Below are positions 1-8,564 of a stretch of 59,827 nucleotides of DNA, piece after piece. The DNA is from a virus (lineage: Duplodnaviria > Caudoviricetes): positions 1-59,827 of IMG/VR virus record IMGVR_UViG_3300008450_000043. One strand, 5' to 3'. Position numbers and translations under genes: made by a program. Under the pieces are notes generated by a model. The model was not told where the DNA came from and ran no database searches. It saw only the letters and a program-made list of their open reading frames with translations. Position 1 is the first letter of the stretch, and every line of letters begins with the position of its first letter.

Positions 1-1197
1 GATTTGGTAGGAGTGCGGAGTGGTCATGTCTGTCACGTCCCCGGTAAGCATCACGGCGTCTCCAAGTTCCAGCACTTTGCGCCCCTCCACAGAGGCCCCA
101 ACGGTGCCGAAACGAAGCAAACAACGGTCGCCGCCAAACGTGAACGAAGCGTCAAGGCTTGCCACCAAAGTCTTGGCCGCGTCAGGAGCCCACTCAGCTT
201 TGAGTTGGCCGCCGAACTTTTCGATGTCAGCCTCAGAATAGACGGCATCCGACTCCCCGGAAGGACACCAGAAGCCTTTCATCATTTGGTAATAAGCAGG
301 GGACTTCTCACCCAGCAACTTGGCTTGCTCCAGCTTGGCTTTGGTCACCAAGAACGGATAAGTGTCCACGCCAGAGAGGATGTTGGGTGACCGCTCCCCA
401 TCGAAACGAATGAAGAACCCTCGCTTGGTCTTCCAGCGGTAGAACGACTCGTTGACCGACTGCCACCCATCCGCAGGCTCACAGAAAAGCCCAAAGGGGT
501 CGTAGTGGGAGTTGGGGTTGCCAATACCAATCATGCGAAACTCTTCGTTCTGAGCAAGGTTAGAATAGGCGGTGGTGAGCACGGACTCAGCAAGTTCAGG
601 AAGCTCATCAGCCACAAGACGCAAACGTGGGGCTTTATACCCGAGGAACTTGTTGGTGGCTTCCTTACCTTTCTTCTTGTCGCAAGCAATCAGGGACAAC
701 CCAAACTTGTCGGACTGGAGCCCATTGGCGTCGAAGCGAACAACCCCTTGAGAAGATACCAGCTTGCCGGGCATACCATGCACAGCTTGGAAGTAGTCTT
801 CCACAGTGGACCAGATACGGTTACGAGAGTCCTTCAGGGACGTAGAAGTGTAGATGACCTTGGTCGCATGCGGGGCGCACAGCCATTCCACAATGCCCCA
901 AACAGCAAAGAAGTCTGTCTTGCCGGAAGATGCACACCCGGCTACGCCGAGATACTTGTGGAGAGCGGCTACTTCATTCATCTCCTCAGCCCACGGGTGC
1001 CAGATAAACTTTTTGGAAGAGCCTTCGTGGTTCCATAACAAATCTACGACTCTGCGAAAATGATGCGGACGCCCGGGAGATAGTGGAGCCCCATCACGGT
1101 AGCAGACCAGCTCAACGTCAAGCTCAGAAGCGTCGGCCGGGAACTCCAGACCGTAAAAATTGATGTCTGGCTTTGGATTTTTCTTGACCGCTGGCAT
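1..1197 (-). CDS. terL: Terminase large subunit, 3'-truncated at window edge (not in ORF track)
   Basis: Manual translation from ATG at 1197: MPAVKKNPKP...; Walker A GCASSGKT, Walker B LRLVADELPEL, coupling motif IGIGNP, start of nuclease domain SLDASFTFGGDRC; frame open to base 1. Confidence 0.9.
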   Translation of the reverse strand, partial: MPAVKKNPKPDINFYGLEFPADASELDVELVCYRDGAPLSPGRPHHFRRVVDLLWNHEGSSKKFIWHPWAEEMNEVAALHKYLGVAGCASSGKTDFFAVWGIVEWLCAPHATKVIYTSTSLKDSRNRIWSTVEDYFQAVHGMPGKLVSSQGVVRFDANGLQSDKFGLSLIACDKKKGKEATNKFLGYKAPRLRLVADELPELAESVLTTAYSNLAQNEEFRMIGIGNPNSHYDPFGLFCEPADGWQSVNESFYRWKTKRGFFIRFDGERSPNILSGVDTYPFLVTKAKLEQAKLLGEKSPAYYQMMKGFWCPSGESDAVYSEADIEKFGGQLKAEWAPDAAKTLVASLDASFTFGGDRCLLRFGTVGASVEGRKVLELGDAVMLTGDVTDMTTPHSYQI

Positions 1198-1211
1198 ACT
1201 AAAGTTAGTTT
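1184..1211 (+). promoter_or_regulatory. Possible sigma70-type promoter for recombinase operon, overlapping the terL start
   Basis: TTGACC-N16-TAGTTT, 11 nt before ATG 1223. Confidence 0.35.
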
Positions 1212-1222
1212 TAACAACCTTT

Positions 1223-2095
1223 ATGGAAACAACACTACAAGCAACAAACACAGATGCCTCCCTCCGTTCGGTCGTCAACCAGTTCCTGACGGACTGCGAG
1301 ACCCGACAACTGAGCAAAGTTCATATCAAGACAGTGAAGTCTCGCATGAAACGCCCTGTGACGCTTTGGGGAGACCGCCATATCAACGATATTACCAAAG
1401 ATGATCTGGAGTCTTACCTCCGTGGCATTGACTCTTCCGAGACAGCGCTCAATCACTTACGCACCCTGTCTTCTGTGTTTGCTTTTGCCAAGAACGCAGA
1501 CCTACTGCCATGGGGCAGCCGAGATGTAACGCAACGCATTCGCCGCCCTAAGAAGACCCGCCGAGACCCTGAGTTCTTCACCCCAGAAGAGATGCGAGCT
1601 CTGCTACGTGCAGCCGCTGCTGGAGAAAGAGGGACGCACTATCAAGTGGCAATGCTGGTGTTGGGCGGGTTCGTGGGTCTTCGCACCGAAGAAGTGATGC
1701 GGATTCAGTGGGAAGACATCTTGCTGGACCACAAGATTGCTCGGTTACACGGGGACATCACCAAAACTTCCCGCCGTCGTATGGCTCGGTTACCAGATAA
1801 TGCGGTTGCGTGGCTACGCAAAGTTGAGCGTGCTTCGGGACCTGTGGTCACAGAAAGTGTCCGAGATGCCCTCTACCGTAGAGAAGACATTCAACACGCT
1901 GCTGGAGTTGTCTGGAAGAATAATGGGCTTCGCCATTCTTATGTGACCTACTCGATGGCACTGGAGCGTAACGCCTTCATGGTAGCTGAGCAGGTAGGCA
2001 ATTCTCCGGGAGTATTGCATGAGCACTACATGGGGCTTGTGCTGCCAACCGATGCTGAAGAGTGGTTTGGTATTACTCCAGACAACACGCTGTAA
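1223..2095 (+). CDS. Tyrosine recombinase (XerC/integrase family), 290 aa, no arm-binding domain
   Basis: GLRTEEV (catalytic R), TKT (K), NNGLRHS, GNSP...HEHY (catalytic Y); ATG 1223 preferred over TTG 1160, which overlaps terL. Confidence 0.92.
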   Translation: METTLQATNTDASLRSVVNQFLTDCETRQLSKVHIKTVKSRMKRPVTLWGDRHINDITKDDLESYLRGIDSSETALNHLRTLSSVFAFAKNADLLPWGSRDVTQRIRRPKKTRRDPEFFTPEEMRALLRAAAAGERGTHYQVAMLVLGGFVGLRTEEVMRIQWEDILLDHKIARLHGDITKTSRRRMARLPDNAVAWLRKVERASGPVVTESVRDALYRREDIQHAAGVVWKNNGLRHSYVTYSMALERNAFMVAEQVGNSPGVLHEHYMGLVLPTDAEEWFGITPDNTL

Positions 2096-2141
2096 ATTAA
2101 ACTCTTGCGCCGTCATTGCAGCGGGTTAAAAAGACTAACTT

Positions 2142-2603
2142 ATGTCAACTATCCTTGCTATTGACCCCGGGCTCTCAGGCGGAATTGCAATCGGTAGCCC
2201 ATCTAACGGGCTTCAGCATATCCACCCAATGCCTCCTACTGACACCGATATTGCGGACCTCCTCCGTCAGTGGCCCGGAGCTACTCTCATTATTGAGAAA
2301 CTTCCAGTCTTCTTCCCGGGGGCCAAGGGCGGGATGGCAAGCATGGCGAAGTTGCAGCGAAACGCTGGAGTTATCTATGGCATCTGTGCTGCATTGAACA
2401 TCCGAGTGATCGAAGTGAATCCCCATGACTGGCAAAAGCACTTCAAACTTGGCTCCCGTAGTAAATCAGCTGGAGGCTATACAGAATGGAAAAACAAGCT
2501 CAAAGCTGAGGCTCAACGCCGCTACCCAAACTTCAAAATCACGCACGCCGTAGCAGATGCCGTGTTGATTCTTGAGTGGGGACTCGAATCAAAAAAAGTA
2601 TAA
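2142..2603 (+). CDS. RuvC-like Holliday junction resolvase
   Basis: AIDPGLSGGIA, IIEK, P.DWQK, ADAVLI RNase H-fold motifs. Confidence 0.85.
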   Translation: MSTILAIDPGLSGGIAIGSPSNGLQHIHPMPPTDTDIADLLRQWPGATLIIEKLPVFFPGAKGGMASMAKLQRNAGVIYGICAALNIRVIEVNPHDWQKHFKLGSRSKSAGGYTEWKNKLKAEAQRRYPNFKITHAVADAVLILEWGLESKKV

Positions 2604-2620
2604 AGCTCAAACCTAAAAAC

Positions 2621-3124
2621 ATGCCAAGACCCCTCGCTCCGAAAGGCGGAAATGACCGCATCTATACTCCGCCTGATCTGGCGAAAGCAATCGTTGAACA
2701 CTTCAACCCATCTGGAATGCTTCTGGACCCCTGCCGGGGCAAAGGAGCTTTCTACGAAGCCTTGCTGCCCTACGCGACAAACGGTTTTGTAGAGTTTTAC
2801 GAGCTCGATGAGGGGGCTGACTTTCTGGACTCTAGGCAAGAGCCTGTCTGCTGGACTATCACCAACCCTCCTTGGTCAAAGTTTAGGGCCTTTCTCAAGA
2901 AGTCTATGGAGTGCTCAACCAATGTCGTGTTCCTCTGTCTTGTGAACGCCTTTTTCATGAAAGCTCGCCGCCAAGACATGGCCGATGAGAACTTTGGAAT
3001 CAAAGAAATCCTCTTTGTTCCTACTCCACCCAAGCCTTGGCCGCAGGCCGGGTTCGCTCTAGGGGCTGTCCATATTCAGAGAGGGGCCAAGGAAGACTCG
3101 ATCAAATTTTCCTACCTAAAATGA
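2621..3124 (+). CDS. DNA N6-adenine methyltransferase
   Basis: YTPP, LDPCRGKG (SAM-binding), TNPPW (motif IV); ATG at 2621. Confidence 0.85.
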   Translation: MPRPLAPKGGNDRIYTPPDLAKAIVEHFNPSGMLLDPCRGKGAFYEALLPYATNGFVEFYELDEGADFLDSRQEPVCWTITNPPWSKFRAFLKKSMECSTNVVFLCLVNAFFMKARRQDMADENFGIKEILFVPTPPKPWPQAGFALGAVHIQRGAKEDSIKFSYLK

Positions 3125-5673
3125 AGACTCTATTCCCACCTCAAGTTGAGCACGTCAAAAATCTTGAAGAGGCAGTCAAATCAAACATGGCTGCACTGGA
3201 CTCTTCCAAGACTGGCACAGGAAAAACCATCTGTTCGACAGAACTAGCGAAAGCTTTGGACATGGGAATCATGGTGATCTGCCCAAAACCAGCAATCCCC
3301 AACTGGGAGCGCGAAATTGCAGGGCAGAAGGCGAAAAAAGTAGGGGTGATCAACTACGAGAAGCTTCGTATGGGTAAGACGGAGTTTGGTCGTTGGGAGA
3401 AAGACAAGTTTGTCTGGACGACGCCACCAAAAACCCTGCTGGTCTTTGACGAAGTTCACGCATGCAAGGGCACCTATACCAAAAACGCCAAGATGCTGAT
3501 CGGGGCCAAGGGCAAACCTGTGGTCATGCTGTCAGCAACGGCTGCGGAAGACCCCACAGAGATGCGGGCCATCGGCTACCTCCTCAATCTGCACCGTCTG
3601 ACCGACTTTTTTGGCTGGTGTCTGCGGCACGGCTGCACTCAAAACTTCTGGGGGGCTCTGGAATTTCCTGATAAAGGGTCAGAAAAGAACCTACTAGCCC
3701 TTAATCGCATGATTTATCCACTAAAAGGGAGTCAACTATCCCGTGCAGAGATGTCCAAGTTCTTCACACGGTCCCATATTATCTGGGAACCAGTGGAATT
3801 TGCGGCTATGAAGGACATCACACGGGCCTACACAGAGGTAAAAGAGCAACTCGACAGTCTATTTGAGACCATCAAAGAGGAAAAAGAGGAGTTAGAAGGA
3901 TCTCCGGCAGAAGCACTGGTAGCCTTGACCCGAGCTCGCCAGAAAGTTGAGCTGCTGAAGCTACCAGAACTCGCAGACTTCATCGAGATGCGCCTCGTAG
4001 AGGGGCTAAGCATCCCCGTATTTTTGAATTTTAACGACTCGATTCGAGGGCTGGCGTCAATCCTTGATGAGCGAGGCATCCGCTACGGCGTTGTATGGGG
4101 CGAAGACACCAAGAACCGAGACAAGACGATTGAAGACTTCCAATGTGACAGGGTACACGTGCTGCTGTGTAACATTGCTGCGGGTGGAACTGCGGTGAAC
4201 CTACACCACACAGCAACTTCTAAACGTCCGCGGATGTCCCTGATCTCTCCAACCTTCAACGCCAAGATCATGGAGCAGGTATTTGGTCGAATTGACCGCG
4301 CCGGAGCCCTCAGTGAAACTACACAGTACGTGATGCTCGCTGCGGGGAGCGTTGAAGAAAAAGTGATGGCCGCTGTGCAAATTAAAATTGACAACATGCG
4401 GAGACTACATGACAAGTTAGCATTAACAACCTCTACCAAACCAGAAGATATGCCTAAAACCGAAGAAAAAATACCCGTCGAACTTACTATCCCAGAAGGT
4501 TCTTCTCTCCCCGGAGTTGCCCTGCCTGCGGTCGTAAAACCCAAGGCTGCTGAAACCGTGGCCGAACGCCCTCACGCTGAATACAGCCCATCCAAACTTG
4601 AGGACATTGCCATCTGCCCGGGCTACGTAAGTGGTAAATCCCACGCAGGTGCAATGACCGCAGCAGAATCCGGCACTCGATGCCACAACGCTGTGGAGAC
4701 ACGCAACCTAACAGGTCTCACTGAAGAAGAGGCTATGCTCGCAGAGATGGCCATCGGCTATGAAGACGAGGTTATTCCTAAAGACGCCCACGTGGAGCGG
4801 GAAATCCGTGTTGAAGTCTTTGAGCAGTTTGGCTACCTCGACACACTGGCTATCCTCAAAGATGGTGTGAATGCCCACATCATTGACCACAAGTTTGGCA
4901 AGATAGAAGTCCGCCCTGCATCCAAGAATCTGCAAGGCAAAGCCTACGTGATGGGGGTCTTCAATCGCCACCCGGAGTTGGAGACAATCACTGTCCACTT
5001 CTGCATGCCTCGCCTCGATACCATCAGCACGCACACCTTCACCCGTGAAGACCTGCCGAAGATCGAGAAGGAAATCCGTCTGGTGCTTGATCGTGCCACC
5101 AAAGCGAAAAGCCTCTTCGACGATGAGTCTGTGGTTTCTATGCTCAACCCGCTGTGTGAGAGCTGTGACTTCTGTGGCAACCGCACTCGCTGCCGTGCTC
5201 TCGCTAAACACGTCATCACTGTGGCGGGGAAGCTGGGCGTAAAGGAGCTGCCGAAGAATCCTGTCGTGACCCTTGAAGACGTGCGTGACCCGCAGGAAAC
5301 TGGCGTGCTACTTCGCATGGCAGCCATCGTAGAGAAGTGGGCCGAAGACATCAAGGCATGGGCACTTCAACAAGCTCTTGTGGACGACATTGTTCCAGAA
5401 GGTTTCACGTTGGTGGAAGCCAACTCACCACGCAAAGTTCCAAACCCTGTCCTCGCATTTGAGGCGCTCAAGGAGCGTCTGACAATGGAGGACATTCTGT
5501 CCTGCACCACTGGCTGCTCTGTCGGCAAGCTGGAAGAGCTGTGGGCCAAGGGTGCCGCACGCGGCAAGAAACAATCCGAGAAAGACCGGATGAACGAACT
5601 CCTTGCAGAAGGAGATGCCGTTACATCTGACGGAAAGTACCACAAACTGGTACCGGTCAAAACCAAAGCATAG
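3121..5673 (+). CDS. SF2 (SNF2-like) helicase fused to Cas4/DUF2800-like PD-(D/E)XK nuclease, 850 aa
   Basis: ATGA overlap at 3121; TGTGKT, DEVH, SATA, QVFGRIDRAG; C-terminal half HAEYSPS..CPG, GTRCH, GYLD, IDHKFG, Q...Y, CESCDFC...RC. Confidence 0.88.
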   Translation: MKTLFPPQVEHVKNLEEAVKSNMAALDSSKTGTGKTICSTELAKALDMGIMVICPKPAIPNWEREIAGQKAKKVGVINYEKLRMGKTEFGRWEKDKFVWTTPPKTLLVFDEVHACKGTYTKNAKMLIGAKGKPVVMLSATAAEDPTEMRAIGYLLNLHRLTDFFGWCLRHGCTQNFWGALEFPDKGSEKNLLALNRMIYPLKGSQLSRAEMSKFFTRSHIIWEPVEFAAMKDITRAYTEVKEQLDSLFETIKEEKEELEGSPAEALVALTRARQKVELLKLPELADFIEMRLVEGLSIPVFLNFNDSIRGLASILDERGIRYGVVWGEDTKNRDKTIEDFQCDRVHVLLCNIAAGGTAVNLHHTATSKRPRMSLISPTFNAKIMEQVFGRIDRAGALSETTQYVMLAAGSVEEKVMAAVQIKIDNMRRLHDKLALTTSTKPEDMPKTEEKIPVELTIPEGSSLPGVALPAVVKPKAAETVAERPHAEYSPSKLEDIAICPGYVSGKSHAGAMTAAESGTRCHNAVETRNLTGLTEEEAMLAEMAIGYEDEVIPKDAHVEREIRVEVFEQFGYLDTLAILKDGVNAHIIDHKFGKIEVRPASKNLQGKAYVMGVFNRHPELETITVHFCMPRLDTISTHTFTREDLPKIEKEIRLVLDRATKAKSLFDDESVVSMLNPLCESCDFCGNRTRCRALAKHVITVAGKLGVKELPKNPVVTLEDVRDPQETGVLLRMAAIVEKWAEDIKAWALQQALVDDIVPEGFTLVEANSPRKVPNPVLAFEALKERLTMEDILSCTTGCSVGKLEELWAKGAARGKKQSEKDRMNELLAEGDAVTSDGKYHKLVPVKTKA

Positions 5674-5700
5674 AGAACCCAACGAACCCAATAAACTAAC

Positions 5701-6471
5701 ATGACTCGTTCATTCAAACGCGGTGAAACCGCTGTCGTCGAAACCACTGAAGAAGCTCCTGCTCCAGCAGAAGCAGCTCCAGCCCCTGCCACCCTCGCAA
5801 CCACAGCCCAGTCCACGGCTGTCGTCACTCACCAAGCCGCCAACGATGACGTGCAGGGTGACATTGACTTCTCGGACATCAAGCTGCCACGGCTTAATCT
5901 GGTGCAACGCACTGGAGATTTGCCGGAACGCTTTGAGTTCGGGGCATTCGTCCTCAACAAGGAGTGCAACCTTGGTAAGGAACTGCGCTTCATCGCGCTG
6001 AACATCAAGAAGCAGTATCAGGAGAAGACTGAGTACGGCTCGGGTGCGCAAGGCCGCGTGTTCAACACACGTGAGGAAGTCAAGGCAGACGGCGGTGTCT
6101 TCGGATTCCGCGACGGAGAGTTCTCTGAACTCGCCCACATCCATCTTCTGGTCCAAATGCCAGAAGGTCTCGAAAAGAACCCAGACTCTGCATCCGTGAT
6201 TGACCTGTTCATTTACGAGATTGACGGCAAGCTCTGGGCTCCTGTCGTCTTCAGTGTGGGTCGCAGCTCCTACACCAGCTTTGCCAAACCGTTGCTGACC
6301 TCCCGTCAATTCCAGCTTCGGGATGGACTGTGGCGTGGTGGCTGGGAACTGACCAGCAAGATCAACAAAGGTGCCAAAGGCTCGTGGGCCACCCCGAACC
6401 CGAGGTTCCTTGGTAAGCTCAAGGAAGAAGACGCCGCTATCACGGCCAAAATCCGTAAAGGTGAGATTTGA
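5701..6471 (+). CDS. Putative ssDNA-binding/recombination protein
   Basis: Position between Cas4-like nuclease and PolA; DI.LPRL.LVQ motif seen in phage proteins in this context. Confidence 0.5.
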   Translation: MTRSFKRGETAVVETTEEAPAPAEAAPAPATLATTAQSTAVVTHQAANDDVQGDIDFSDIKLPRLNLVQRTGDLPERFEFGAFVLNKECNLGKELRFIALNIKKQYQEKTEYGSGAQGRVFNTREEVKADGGVFGFRDGEFSELAHIHLLVQMPEGLEKNPDSASVIDLFIYEIDGKLWAPVVFSVGRSSYTSFAKPLLTSRQFQLRDGLWRGGWELTSKINKGAKGSWATPNPRFLGKLKEEDAAITAKIRKGEI

Positions 6472-6510
6472 CAACTACGGCTTCCAAGCCGTTTAATCCA
6501 CCAACTCCGC

Positions 6511-6540
6511 AGCCGGGGGTTGTGAAAACAGCCCCCGGCT
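6511..6540 (+). terminator. GC-rich hairpin, probable terminator
   Basis: AGCCGGGGGTTGT-GAAA-ACAGCCCCCGGCT followed by CATTT. Confidence 0.6.
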
Positions 6541-6558
6541 CATTTCCTCAAAATTACC

Positions 6559-6786
6559 ATGCCTGCCACTATTAAGACTACCAAGAAAAAGCCCACAGCC
6601 TCTGAGAAGGCTGGAGGTGCTGAATCCGTCACGGCTCTCCTCAAGAGTCTCAAGCCTCACCCAGAAGGACCGGTCGAAGTATCCTTCAAACAAGTCCGTT
6701 CGATGCACGTCATTGCTCCACGGCATAGCATTTCCATCGCATCACGCAAACACGGGAGGAAGTATCTGGTATGGCGTCTCCAGTAG
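6559..6786 (+). CDS. Small basic hypothetical protein
   Basis: ATG ORF filling the gap before PolA. Confidence 0.6.
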   Translation: MPATIKTTKKKPTASEKAGGAESVTALLKSLKPHPEGPVEVSFKQVRSMHVIAPRHSISIASRKHGRKYLVWRLQ

Positions 6787-8564
6787 CCGCTATTGACTTC
6801 GAGACCTATTACAGCAAAGAGCTATCTGTCACGATTCAGGGAACATGGAATTACATCTTCCATAAGGACTTTGACGCTTACCTGCTGTCTGTCTCGACAA
6901 GCACTGGTCTGAGGTGGGTTGGCCACCCACATGACTTCGACTGGTCACAAATCTCTGGTCCTGAATGGGGCTGGCTTCACCACAACGCTTCCTTTGATGA
7001 GCTGATTCTGCATCGCTTACGCTCAGACGGCGCTATCCCAAACACGGCACGTCCCGGAGTCACACACTGCACAGCAGACCTCGTCTCCTACTTGGGTGCC
7101 CCACGCTCGCTGTCAAAGGCGGGGGAGTTCCTACTCAAGAGTCCTCCGCTCAAGAAGGATGTGCGTGCAGCCTTGCAGGGCAAACGCTGGGCGGACTGCT
7201 CGGAGGAGTTCAAGAAGGAGGCTATGGAGTATGCTCTCGCGGATGCCGACGCCTGCTTAGCTCTATGGACGAACTTTGGCTACAAGTGGCCGAAGAATGA
7301 ACGGGCCATATCGCGCCATACCCGCATGATGGCGTGGGAAGGAATCCCCGTAGATCGTGACAAACTGGAAGCGGCTATCCCTGACTTGGAGACTCAGAAC
7401 TTCGAGGCGCAAGCCTTGCTACCGTGGGTCGAGGAAGGAGAGAAACCTCTCTCGCCCAAGGCGCTGGCAGTGCAGTGCCGCTCCGTGGGAATCGTGCCAC
7501 CCTCAAGCCTTGCAGAAGACTCCGAGGATTGCCGCATCTGGGAAGATACGTACTCCGCAACCTATCCTTGGGTGTCCGCCATGCGAACTGTGCGCCGGAC
7601 CAACACACTTCTCAAGAAGTTGATGGCCATGCGTAACCGCCTCCGAACAGACAACGGCAACATGAACTTCGGTATGCTCTATTTTGGGGCCACGACAACG
7701 GGACGCTTCTCTGGCAGTGACGGTGTCAACGTGCAGAACCTCCCCGGCTCTCTCATGTTTGGCGTCAACGTGCGCGAGATGTTCCGGGCTCCCCCGGGAT
7801 TCAAGTTCGTCAACGCGGACCTCAGCCAGATTGAGCCTCGCTGCCTTGCATGGCTGACGGGCAACACAACCATGCTCTCAGCCTTGCGCTCTGGCATCGC
7901 CATCTATGAGGCCCACGCACGGGCATCCATGGGGTGGACAGGGGGCAAACTCAAGAATGAGGACAAGGAGCTCTACGCGCTAGCCAAGGCTCGTGTCTTG
8001 GCGCTGGGCTACGGTGCTGGAGCTGAGAAGTTCCAGATCATGGCCAAGAATATGTGCGGGCTAGAACTGACACCGCGGGAAGCCGAACGAGCCGTGGGAG
8101 ACTTCCGGGTATCCTCTCCTGAAATCTGCGGACATGGTGGTATCTGGCAATCTTTGGAGAAAGGGATGATTCAATCCGCCCGACGCAAGGAAGACTACTC
8201 GGTTGAGTTGCCTTCTGGCCGCATCCTCCGTTACTTCCGCCCCTCCAACATGAGTGGGCTGTCCGCAGAAACAGCCTTCAAAGGTGGGATGACCCGCCGC
8301 AAATGGTGGGGAGGAAGCCTGACGGAAAACCTGACGCAGGCAACAGCCCGAGACGTGTTTGCCAACATGGTCCTACGTGTGGAAGAAGCTGGCTACCCAG
8401 TGCTCTTCCATGTCCACGACGAACTGACGGCACTTGTGGCCGAGCATGAAGCCGAAGAAGCCTTGAAAACGATCTTGCACATCATGAGGACCCCTCCTGA
8501 CTTTATGCCGGACCTTCCGCTTGACGCCGAGGGAGGAATTTTTGACAGCTATCCACTCAAATGA
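6771..8564 (+). CDS. polA: Family A DNA polymerase with 3'-5' exonuclease (Leu762 type)
   Basis: DFET, HNASFD, YA.ADA; TTGRFS; motif A DLSQIEPR; motif B KARVLALGYG; motif C HVHDE. Confidence 0.95.
   Translation: MASPVAAIDFETYYSKELSVTIQGTWNYIFHKDFDAYLLSVSTSTGLRWVGHPHDFDWSQISGPEWGWLHHNASFDELILHRLRSDGAIPNTARPGVTHCTADLVSYLGAPRSLSKAGEFLLKSPPLKKDVRAALQGKRWADCSEEFKKEAMEYALADADACLALWTNFGYKWPKNERAISRHTRMMAWEGIPVDRDKLEAAIPDLETQNFEAQALLPWVEEGEKPLSPKALAVQCRSVGIVPPSSLAEDSEDCRIWEDTYSATYPWVSAMRTVRRTNTLLKKLMAMRNRLRTDNGNMNFGMLYFGATTTGRFSGSDGVNVQNLPGSLMFGVNVREMFRAPPGFKFVNADLSQIEPRCLAWLTGNTTMLSALRSGIAIYEAHARASMGWTGGKLKNEDKELYALAKARVLALGYGAGAEKFQIMAKNMCGLELTPREAERAVGDFRVSSPEICGHGGIWQSLEKGMIQSARRKEDYSVELPSGRILRYFRPSNMSGLSAETAFKGGMTRRKWWGGSLTENLTQATARDVFANMVLRVEEAGYPVLFHVHDELTALVAEHEAEEALKTILHIMRTPPDFMPDLPLDAEGGIFDSYPLK

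Noticed and set aside
4-1063. Plus-strand ORFs in the track (128, 177 aa etc.)
   Set aside because: Antisense shadows of the minus-strand terminase, which has clear motifs
4450-5673. CRISPR-Cas locus from the Cas4-like domain
   Set aside because: No cas1/cas2 or array; Cas4-like exonucleases are routine in phage replication modules
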